This document shows positions 25,799-32,000 of a stretch of DNA of 32,000 nucleotides, piece after piece. A model generated the notes under the pieces. The model worked only from the letters and a program-made list of their open reading frames with translations. It was not told where the DNA came from and searched no databases. The position numbers and the translations under genes were made by a program. Every line of letters begins with the position of its first letter. Position 1 is the stretch's first letter. Source of the stretch: Paracoccus suum (lineage in GTDB: Bacteria > Pseudomonadota > Alphaproteobacteria > Rhodobacterales > Rhodobacteraceae); the NCBI RefSeq assembly GCF_003324675.1, contig NZ_CP030918.1:2970001-3002000 (forward strand). The letters are read 5' to 3'.

Positions 25799-26734
25799 TC
25801 AGTCCGGCAGCGGGATGAATTCGCTGCGGTCGCTGTCCGGCAGGTCGAACTGGCCATTGCCCCAATCGGCCGTGCGCCATTCGTGCTTGGCGGCCTCGAT
25901 GCGCTCTTGTGACGAGGCAACAAAGTTCCACCAGACATAGCGCGGCCCGTTCAGGGTGGCGCCCCCCAGCGCCATCAGCCGCGCGCCTTGCGGGCCGGCG
26001 GCGACGGTGATCGCGTCGCCCGGGCGGAACACCATCATCTGGCCGGCAGCAAACTCCTGGCCGGCAATCGTGACTGAACCTTCAGTGATATAGAGGCCGC
26101 GATCCTCGTGGTCGTCGGGCAGTGGAAAACGCGCCCCCGGGACCAGCGTCACGTCCAGGTAGAAGGTGTCCGAATAGAGCGTCGCCGGCGCCCTCTGACC
26201 ATAGGCATGGCCCAGGATCAGGTTGGCGCGAATCCCCTCGGCCTCGATCACCGGCAGCGTTTCCTTGCCGTGATGCTCAAAGATCGGGGCCATGTCCTCG
26301 CGGTCCTCAGGCAGGGCAATCCAGGTCTGGATGCCGTAGAGGCTGTGCGGGCCCTGACGGCCGGCCGCCGAGGTGCGCTCGGAATGGGTAACTCCCTTGC
26401 CCGCGACCATCCAGTTGACCGCGCCCGGCAGGATGACCTGGTCCGTCCCCAGCGAATCGCGATGGTGAAAGTCGCCGCGATAAAGATAGGTCACCGTGCC
26501 CAGCCCGATATGCGGGTGCGGGCGGATGTCGATGCCCTTGCCGGTCAGGAACTCGGCCGGGCCGGCCTGGTCGAAAAAGATGAACGGCCCGACCATCTGG
26601 CGTTTCGGGGCGGGCAGCGCGCGCTTGACCTCGAACCCGCCCAGGTCCCGGGCGCGGGGAATTATCAGGGTCTCGATGGCGTCGATGCCGATGTCGTCCG
26701 GGCATCCGGGACTTAGCGCGGGGTTCCAGCTCAT
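25799..26734 (-). CDS. Pirin-family bicupin protein (quercetinase-like)
   Basis: Cupin metal-binding region HPHIGLGTVTYLYRGDFHHRDSLG...NWMVAGKGVTHSE. The bicupin length is 311 aa. ATG 26734 has AAGGAGG 7 nt upstream. The track's GTG 26740 lies 1 nt downstream of that RBS and is rejected as the start. Confidence 0.9.
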   Translation of the reverse strand: MSWNPALSPGCPDDIGIDAIETLIIPRARDLGGFEVKRALPAPKRQMVGPFIFFDQAGPAEFLTGKGIDIRPHPHIGLGTVTYLYRGDFHHRDSLGTDQVILPGAVNWMVAGKGVTHSERTSAAGRQGPHSLYGIQTWIALPEDREDMAPIFEHHGKETLPVIEAEGIRANLILGHAYGQRAPATLYSDTFYLDVTLVPGARFPLPDDHEDRGLYITEGSVTIAGQEFAAGQMMVFRPGDAITVAAGPQGARLMALGGATLNGPRYVWWNFVASSQERIEAAKHEWRTADWGNGQFDLPDSDRSEFIPLPD

Positions 26735-26915
26735 CTTCACGCCTCCTTGGCTGTCACAAAGCTATGACGCGTCCGCCTTACGCTCAATCCTGCGCCCGTT
26801 CGGCAAGACAGAACGCGGCGGTTGCTGGCCATTGCCGCGAACCGGGGTGCAGGATGGCCGGGAACAGAAACCAAACCCGCCGGCGGTTCGTTTATTTGGA
26901 TCGAAGGAGGTTACC

Positions 26916-27155
26916 ATGGCCGAGCTGAATGCCGAAAAGCGCGACGATCTGGACAAAGGCTCGTTTGCCTTTCCCAAGCAGCGCAAGGAGCCGCTGGAAG
27001 ATGCGACGCATGTCCGCAACGCGATCGCCCGCTTCAACCAGGTGAAGGACGTGTCCGACGACGAGCGCGACGAGGCGTGGAAACGGATCAAGGCCGCCGC
27101 GAAAAAACACGGGGTCGATGTGAAAGAGAAATCCTGGCGTGAGATTGGCAAGTAG
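26916..27155 (+). CDS. Small conserved hypothetical protein, 79 aa (resembles the small DUF6582-type proteins as I recall them; unverified)
   Basis: A strong RBS GAAGGAGG (26903-26910) lies 5 nt before ATG 26916. The protein is MAELNAEKRDDLDKGSFAFPKQRKEPLEDATHVRNAIARFNQVKDVSDDERDEAWKRIKAAAKKHGVDV. The longer track ORF (26496..27155) is antisense to pirin and is rejected. Confidence 0.6.
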   Translation: MAELNAEKRDDLDKGSFAFPKQRKEPLEDATHVRNAIARFNQVKDVSDDERDEAWKRIKAAAKKHGVDVKEKSWREIGK

Positions 27156-27308
27156 GAACGATGGAGACGTGGCGGGCCCCGGCTCGCCTGTCGGATGCGG
27201 CCGGGTGCGCGGGAGAAGCAGCGCCCCGGCCGTTCCGATGTCTGGCTATGCGCTTCAGGTCACTAGCCAGCATCCGCCCTGCATCATTGAGGTTCCTGAG
27301 AGGTCCGC

Positions 27309-28829
27309 GTGACCACCGGCATCCACCACGTGACGGCGATCACCGGCAACGTCCAGCGGAACGTCGATTTCTACGCCGGCTTCCTCGGCCTGCGGTTGGT
27401 CAAGCAGACCGGCGGCTTTGAGGATGCCGAGCAGTTGCACCTGTTTTATGGCGACGCCCTCGGCAGCCCCGGATCTTTGGTGACTTTCCTTGTCTGGCAG
27501 GACGGCGCCGCGGGCCGCGCAGGCCTCGGGCAGGTTGCCGAGATCGCCTTCGCGGTGCCCCCCTTGTCCATCGGAACGTGGCTACAACGCGCGATGGAAC
27601 TAGGCCTGCCGGTCAGCGGGCCGCAGCGCGAGTTCGGCGAGACGGTCCTGAGGCTGCGCGACCCGGACGGCATCACCGTCAAGCTGGTCGGGATCGACCT
27701 GCCCAGCGCCGCCCCACTACCGGGCGACGGCGCCCCGACGCGCCTGCGGGGGGTCACGATCCTGACCGATGACGCCGAGGCCGTTGCCGATTTCGCCGCC
27801 CTGTTCGGCTATTCCGAGGCGCTGCGCGATGGGCCCTTCATCCGCATGGCATCTGACAGTGACGTGCTGGATATCCGACAGTCGGCTGGTTTCGTCGGCG
27901 CCGCGCAGGGGGCTGGCGCCTTCGACCACGTCGCCTTCCGAGGCCCCGACGTCGAGGCAGTGCAGGCCATGCGGCTATCGTTGCAGGACCGGGGCAGCGC
28001 CACTGCCGTGCACGACCGCAAGTATTTCACCTCGCTCTACGTGCGAGAGCCGACGGGCGTTCTGTTCGAATATGCCACCGACGGTCCCGGCTTTACCGTT
28101 GACGAAAACCCCGACGAGCTGGGCCAAACACTTTTCATTCCCCCTCAGGATGCCGCCCGCGAGGCCGATCTGCGCGTGATGCTGCCGCAGTTCGCCCTGC
28201 CGGGCCACGAAAGGATGCCGATGCGCGATTTGCCTTTTATCCACCGCTTTCACACGCCGGACGATCCCGACGGTTCGGTCATCGTGCTGCTGCACGGCAC
28301 CGGCGGGTCCGAGGCCGACCTGATGCCGCTTGGCGCGCGACTGAACCCGCGGGCGACCCTGCTGGGCGTGCGCGGCCGCTCGACCGAGGAAGGCATGAAC
28401 CGCTGGTTTCGTCGGATCGACGCGGTGACCTATGATCAGGCCGATGTCCGCGCCGAGGCCGAGGCCTTTGCCGGCTTCGTCGAAGGCGCGCTGCGCGGCT
28501 ATGGCCTTTCCGCCGACAAGCTGACCTTCCTGGGCTATTCCAACGGGGCCAACCTGCTGGGCGCGATCATGCGGCTGCACCCGAGCGCCGTGCGCCGCGC
28601 GATCCTGCTGCGCGGAATCGAGGTGCTGGAGAATCCCCCGGCGGCTGATTTGAACGGCACGCGCGTTCTGATGACGACCGGCGCGCGCGATCCGTTTGCC
28701 CGAGTGGCCCCCGCGCTGGAAGCCTCGCTGAGCGCCGCCGGGGCCGACCTGGATGCGCGACAGGTCAATGCCGGGCATGAACTGGTGCCCGAGGATCTCG
28801 CCATCGCGCAGGCGTGGCTGGCCCGATGA
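27309..28829 (+). CDS. Fusion protein: N-terminal VOC/glyoxalase-type ring-cleaving dioxygenase (two VOC modules, MhqO/MhqE-like) plus C-terminal phospholipase/carboxylesterase-family alpha/beta hydrolase (MhqD-like)
   Basis: The N-terminus GIHHVTAITGNVQRNVDFYAGFLGLRLVKQTGGFEDAEQLHLFYGDALGSPGSLVTF is the signature of ring-cleaving VOC dioxygenases. The second module reads FDHVAFRG...YFTSLYVREPTGVLFEYATDGPGF. From about nt 28215 the sequence is MPMRDLPFIHRF...VIVLLHGTGGSEADL...FLGYSNGANLL...GARDPF...AGHEL, a carboxylesterase with a GxSxG nucleophile elbow and D and H triad candidates. Start is GTG 27309 with GAGAGG 6 nt upstream. Confidence 0.85.
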   Translation: MTTGIHHVTAITGNVQRNVDFYAGFLGLRLVKQTGGFEDAEQLHLFYGDALGSPGSLVTFLVWQDGAAGRAGLGQVAEIAFAVPPLSIGTWLQRAMELGLPVSGPQREFGETVLRLRDPDGITVKLVGIDLPSAAPLPGDGAPTRLRGVTILTDDAEAVADFAALFGYSEALRDGPFIRMASDSDVLDIRQSAGFVGAAQGAGAFDHVAFRGPDVEAVQAMRLSLQDRGSATAVHDRKYFTSLYVREPTGVLFEYATDGPGFTVDENPDELGQTLFIPPQDAAREADLRVMLPQFALPGHERMPMRDLPFIHRFHTPDDPDGSVIVLLHGTGGSEADLMPLGARLNPRATLLGVRGRSTEEGMNRWFRRIDAVTYDQADVRAEAEAFAGFVEGALRGYGLSADKLTFLGYSNGANLLGAIMRLHPSAVRRAILLRGIEVLENPPAADLNGTRVLMTTGARDPFARVAPALEASLSAAGADLDARQVNAGHELVPEDLAIAQAWLAR

Positions 28830-28866
28830 CAAGCCCGGCACGCCCAACGAAAACATGAGGTTCTCA

Positions 28867-29181
28867 ATGTCCGAGATCACATTCGCCAAACAGGACGATG
28901 GCCGCCACGGCCGCTATACCGCCCGAATCCAGGGGATCGATGCCGAGGGTGAACTGACCTTTACCCACCGCGGGCCGGGCGTAATCAGCGCCGATCACAC
29001 CGGCGTTCCGGACGAAATCGGCGACCGGGGCGTGGGCAAGGCTCTGCTGGATCACATGTTGGCCGACGCCCGCGCGAACGGCTTTCGAATCATTCCGGTC
29101 TGCCCCTTCATCCGCGCCCAGTACGCGCGCCACCCGGAATGGGCCGAGTTGTTCACCATCAAGCCGGGCGAGGCCCCCTGA
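28867..29181 (+). CDS. Mini-GNAT acetyltransferase (YjdJ-type single-domain GNAT, 104 aa)
   Basis: The protein reads MSEITFAKQDDGRHGRYTARI...LTFTHRGPGVISADHTGVPDEIGDRGVGKALLDHMLADARANGFRIIPVCPFI. The RGxGxA-like CoA-binding loop and the C-terminal IIPxCPF motif are typical of this small GNAT family. ATG 28867 lies 6 nt after GAGG. Confidence 0.7.
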   Translation: MSEITFAKQDDGRHGRYTARIQGIDAEGELTFTHRGPGVISADHTGVPDEIGDRGVGKALLDHMLADARANGFRIIPVCPFIRAQYARHPEWAELFTIKPGEAP

Positions 29182-29248
29182 GGGCACCGCGGGCCATTGC
29201 ACGCGCTGTCACACAGGCTCACCCGCGTTTCCTCTCGGGAGGGTCGTC

Positions 29249-30274
29249 ATGCGCCTGATAATCTCCGCCGCGATGCTGGTCCTTTTCGCCCTGCCCGGCC
29301 ATGCGCAGTCCGATCCAGCGACGAGGATCGACCAGATCCTTGACGCGGCCGAGGCCATGGCGCCGTTGGAAACAGTGCTCGTCGCCCACGAGGGAAAGAT
29401 CGTCGCCCAACGCGGGTATCGCGGCCACTCCGCGTCCGAGCCGACGAATATCAAGTCTGCCTCAAAGCTTGTCATCTCTGCCCTCGTCGGTATTGCCATC
29501 GACAAGGGAGTGCTCGACGGCACCGATCAACTGGTGGCGCCGATTTTGCAGGGCGACCTGCCTGCCGATCCGGACCCCCGCTTGAGCCGCGTGACGATCG
29601 GCAATTTGCTGTCGATGCAAGCGGGCCTCGAATCGACCTCCGGCCCGAATTACGGCGCCTGGGTCGGCAGCCGCAACTGGGTGCGCAGCGCCCTCGCCCG
29701 TCCGTTCGTGGACGAGCCCGGCGGGGGGATGATCTATTCGACCGGCTCGTCGCATCTGCTGTCGGCGATCCTGACGCGCCAGACCGGCCGCTCGACAATG
29801 GAACTCGCCCGGGACTGGCTCGGCCCGCTGGAGGGCTTCCGGATTACGGCGTGGGAGCACGACCCGCAGGGCATCTATCTCGGCGGCAACCAGATGGCCA
29901 TGACTCCGCGCTCACTGCTGGCACTGGGCGAACTTTACCGCAACCACGGCATGACGCCGGGCGGCAAGCGGTTGATCTCGCAGGACTGGATTGACGCGTC
30001 ATGGTTAGAGCGCACGCGCTCGCGCTACACCGGCGGCGGCTACGGATACGGCTGGTTCATGGGCGAAGTCGCGGGGCGGCAGGTCCGCTACGGCTGGGGC
30101 TATGGGGGCCAAATGGTATATGTCGTCCCAGCGCTTGGACTGACGGTCGTGATGACATCGGACGAGACGACCCCCTCTGCCGCGACCAGGCATCGCGAGG
30201 CGCTATACGCGCTTCTGGGCCAGATCGTCTCTGCCTTCGACCCGGCAAAGGACAGTCCTACCGACGGACAATGA
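29249..30274 (+). CDS. Exported serine hydrolase of the beta-lactamase / penicillin-binding-protein fold (class C-like family)
   Basis: The signal peptide is MRLIISAAMLVLFALPGHA/Q. The SxxK motif is SASK (IKSASKLVISAL). A YST motif occupies the YxN position (MIYSTGSSHLL). A G-rich third motif lies near the C-terminus (GWGYGGQ). ATG 29249 lies 5 nt after GGGAGGG. Confidence 0.85.
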   Translation: MRLIISAAMLVLFALPGHAQSDPATRIDQILDAAEAMAPLETVLVAHEGKIVAQRGYRGHSASEPTNIKSASKLVISALVGIAIDKGVLDGTDQLVAPILQGDLPADPDPRLSRVTIGNLLSMQAGLESTSGPNYGAWVGSRNWVRSALARPFVDEPGGGMIYSTGSSHLLSAILTRQTGRSTMELARDWLGPLEGFRITAWEHDPQGIYLGGNQMAMTPRSLLALGELYRNHGMTPGGKRLISQDWIDASWLERTRSRYTGGGYGYGWFMGEVAGRQVRYGWGYGGQMVYVVPALGLTVVMTSDETTPSAATRHREALYALLGQIVSAFDPAKDSPTDGQ

Positions 30275-30416
30275 GTCCGCGCATAAAGCGTCTCGTCCCA
30301 TAATTCGCGGAAAACCAAACAACAACCGAGCCCTATGGGCGGCACACCGTCGCGCGGGCAAGTCGCCGCGCTTGGCCCGGGACAAAAACTGTTGACCCAA
30401 CGTCCGCGGCTTGTTT

Positions 30417-30431
30417 ATGCATATCCTGCAT
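30417..30431. promoter_or_regulatory. LysR-type T-N11-A dyad (ATGCA-N5-TGCAT) downstream of a TTGACC -35-like hexamer, upstream of the CMD/AhpD/LysR genes
   Basis: ATGCATATCCTGCAT has perfect 5-bp arms. T30418-N11-A30430 fits the generic LysR box. TTGACC lies at 30392-30397, and weak -10 candidates (TTATGC/TATGCA) lie 17-18 nt downstream and overlap the dyad. The element is 34 nt upstream of ATG 30465. Confidence 0.3.
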
Positions 30432-30464
30432 CAAGTATGAAACATAATACCCGAAGGATGGGTC

Positions 30465-30917
30465 ATGCGCGAAACTTCCGCAAATTTGTGGGATAGTCCC
30501 ACGGCAGCGCCGGTCGCGGCCGCACGGCCCAATATCGTCGCGCTGAGCCGCGCCGCCGAGACGGCGGTCATCGCGCCGCGCGACGGCGGGGCATGGTGGG
30601 CAGACTGGCGCCGGGCCGTTGCCGCACGCATCGCCACCCTCAACGGGCAGGACGCCATGGCAGCCAATTGGCGCGAGGGGCTGGATGGCGAGGCCCTGAA
30701 GGTCGCTGACCCGGCCGCAGGCACGGACACCATCCTCGGCTTTGTCGATGGCGTGGCGACCCATCCCAAGGATGTCACCGCAGCCGATGTCGAGGCGCTG
30801 AAAGCGGCCGGCGTGTCCGAGGCGGATATCGTCCGCCTGTGCGAGCTGGTGGCCTTCATCAGCTACCAGTGCCGCGTCGCCGCCGGAATGGCGCTGCTGG
30901 AAGGAGCCGCCCAATGA
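30465..30917 (+). CDS. CMD (carboxymuconolactone decarboxylase/AhpD-fold) domain protein, first member of a two-gene CMD pair
   Basis: 150-aa ORF with RBS GAAGGA 6 nt upstream of ATG 30465. The C-terminal half reads FVDGVATHPKDVTAADVEALKAAGVSEADIVRLCELVAFISYQ, the typical CMD helix pattern without the CxxC motif. It is paired with the AhpD-like gene downstream through an ATGA overlap. I recall TIGRFAM models for such pairs (Avi_7170/Avi_7169 families); this is unverified. Confidence 0.7.
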   Translation: MRETSANLWDSPTAAPVAAARPNIVALSRAAETAVIAPRDGGAWWADWRRAVAARIATLNGQDAMAANWREGLDGEALKVADPAAGTDTILGFVDGVATHPKDVTAADVEALKAAGVSEADIVRLCELVAFISYQCRVAAGMALLEGAAQ

Positions 30918-31495
30918 GCCGTATCCTGCACCGCTTTACCCGCACCATTCCCGGCTGGCAGCCACGGGTCACGCCACTCGATCTGAAGGAAGCCTCGGCC
31001 GAGCAACTGGACGCGCTGAAGGTCACGCCGTCCAACACCAAGGTGTCGGACTACGTTCTGGTCCTGGCGCATGACCCGGAAACGCTGGCCGTGCGCTCGC
31101 CGCTCTTCAACGCCATCATGTACGAGACCGGCGGCCTCGGCCGGGCCGAGCGTGAACTGGGCGCAATCGGCGCCTCGATTGTCAACCGCTGCGTCTATTG
31201 CGCCGCCGTCCACGCCAACCGCCACGCGCAGCTGTCGCGCGATTCCGCCGTGATGGACGAGATCTTCGCCCAAGGCGAATCCGCGAAGCTGGGCGAGCGC
31301 GACCAGGCGATCTTTGATTTCGCCGTCAAGCTCTCGCAATGCCCACCCGCCGCCGGCCCGGCCGACATGGCGCGCCTGCGCGAAGCCGGGCTGGAGGACG
31401 CCGAGATCGTGGACCTGATCCTGTCCACTTCACTCTTCGGCTGGGCCAACCGGCTGATGCACGTTCTCGGCGATCCGGTCCGGGAAGACGCCTGA
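30914..31495 (+). CDS. Peroxidase-related enzyme / alkylhydroperoxidase AhpD-like CMD protein
   Basis: The AhpD-type redox motif is CVYCAAVH, within ELGAIGASIVNRCVYCAAVHAN. The second half reads FDFAVKLSQ...EAGLEDAEIVDLILSTSLFGWANRL. ATG 30914 lies 7 nt after AAGGAG and overlaps the upstream stop (ATGA). The track start 30839 is an Arg-rich extension and is rejected. Confidence 0.8.
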   Translation: MSRILHRFTRTIPGWQPRVTPLDLKEASAEQLDALKVTPSNTKVSDYVLVLAHDPETLAVRSPLFNAIMYETGGLGRAERELGAIGASIVNRCVYCAAVHANRHAQLSRDSAVMDEIFAQGESAKLGERDQAIFDFAVKLSQCPPAAGPADMARLREAGLEDAEIVDLILSTSLFGWANRLMHVLGDPVREDA

Positions 31496-31496
31496 C

Positions 31497-32000
31497 ATGC
31501 CCCGCCTGAAGGTTCTTGAGGCATATCTCGAGGTCGCGGCGCTTGGCAGCGTGACGGCGGCGGCGCGCAGCCTCGGCTGCTCGCAACCTTCGGTGAGCCG
31601 CATGATCCAGGAGCTGGAGCGGGATCTGGGCCGCCCGCTGTTCGAGCGGTCGGGCCAGCGGCTGGTGCTGACCTCGCATGGCATGCTGCTGCGCGACGAT
31701 GTCGCGCGGGCCCTCTCCGGCTTTGATGATTTGTGGGAGCGCGCGCGCGAGGGCGCGACCCAGGCCGCGCCGCCGGTGCGCGTCGCCGCCACCTCGTCCA
31801 TGGCCATGGGCCTGCTGCCCGAGGCCTGGAAGGCGCTGGGCGGCGTTCAGAACCTGCGCCTTGCGGTACAGATCGAGACGCCGGACCTTGTCCAGAACGC
31901 CATCGTGACGGGCGCAGCCGAAATTGGCGCGACCAGTGCGCCGCTTCTGCATCGCGACCTGACGGTCGAGTGGCTCGGCGCTGCCGCCTGCGTTCTCGCA
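31497..32000 (+). CDS. LysR-family transcriptional regulator, N-terminal 168 codons (continues past the window end)
   Basis: Not in the ORF track because it is open-ended. I translated it codon by codon from ATG 31497 to 32000 and found no stop. The start reads MPRLKVLEAYLEVAALGSVTAAARSLGCSQPSVSRMIQELERDLGRPLFERSGQRLVLTSHG, a canonical LysR wHTH, followed by the start of the effector domain (VRVAATSSMAMGLLPEAW). It starts 1 nt after the AhpD-like gene's stop (31493-31495). Confidence 0.9.
   Translation, partial: MPRLKVLEAYLEVAALGSVTAAARSLGCSQPSVSRMIQELERDLGRPLFERSGQRLVLTSHGMLLRDDVARALSGFDDLWERAREGATQAAPPVRVAATSSMAMGLLPEAWKALGGVQNLRLAVQIETPDLVQNAIVTGAAEIGATSAPLLHRDLTVEWLGAAACVLA

Noticed and set aside
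27198-27232. 8-bp inverted repeat CGGCCGGG...CCCGGCCG after the small 79-aa gene, as a possible terminator.
   Set aside because: The loop is about 19 nt and there is no T tract downstream. It could equally be chance in GC-rich DNA.

Overview
High-GC (about 65-72% in core genes) alphaproteobacterial chromosomal DNA, Rhodobacteraceae-like in style, densely coding. I found no rRNA, tRNA, CRISPR array, integrase, transposase or phage genes.

The left two thirds is dominated by one long minus-strand array:
- cbpA-cbpM (DnaJ-class co-chaperone plus its modulator).
- An 8.6-kb cyclic beta-1,2-glucan synthase gene (NdvB/ChvB/Cgs type).
- An RsmB/Sun-family RNA m5C methyltransferase that is translationally coupled to the synthase.
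- A CckA-like PAS histidine kinase that runs off the window start. It is missing from the ORF track because it is open-ended.

The rest of the core block follows:
- A plus-strand block of an MsbA-like ABC exporter, ygfZ and dinB.
- The reductive pyrimidine catabolism pair preT-preA on the minus strand.

The only clearly accessory-looking stretch is about 19.5-25.8 kb:
- A patchy lower-GC gene for an alpha/beta hydrolase with an unrecognised N-terminal domain.
- A LysR gene whose HTH region appears decayed.
- An AT-rich spacer.
- A 1111-aa serralysin (M10B) protease fused to many RTX blocks, with a PPC-like beta-sandwich inserted. No type I secretion genes or inhibitor gene lie nearby.
- A strong intrinsic terminator, then a small exported protein.

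The right end carries stress and detoxification-type genes:
- Pirin and a tiny conserved protein.
- A VOC ring-cleaving dioxygenase fused to a carboxylesterase, with a retained internal RBS at the junction.
- A mini-GNAT and a beta-lactamase-fold serine hydrolase.
- A CMD/AhpD-like gene pair followed by a LysR regulator that is open at the window end.

I do not see a recognisable defence, toxin-antitoxin or mobile system. The most novel-looking items are the orphan giant serralysin-RTX-PPC protein with its neighbourhood, the uncharacterised hydrolase, and two unusual gene couplings or fusions.

All family assignments come from reading motifs by eye. No database search was possible.
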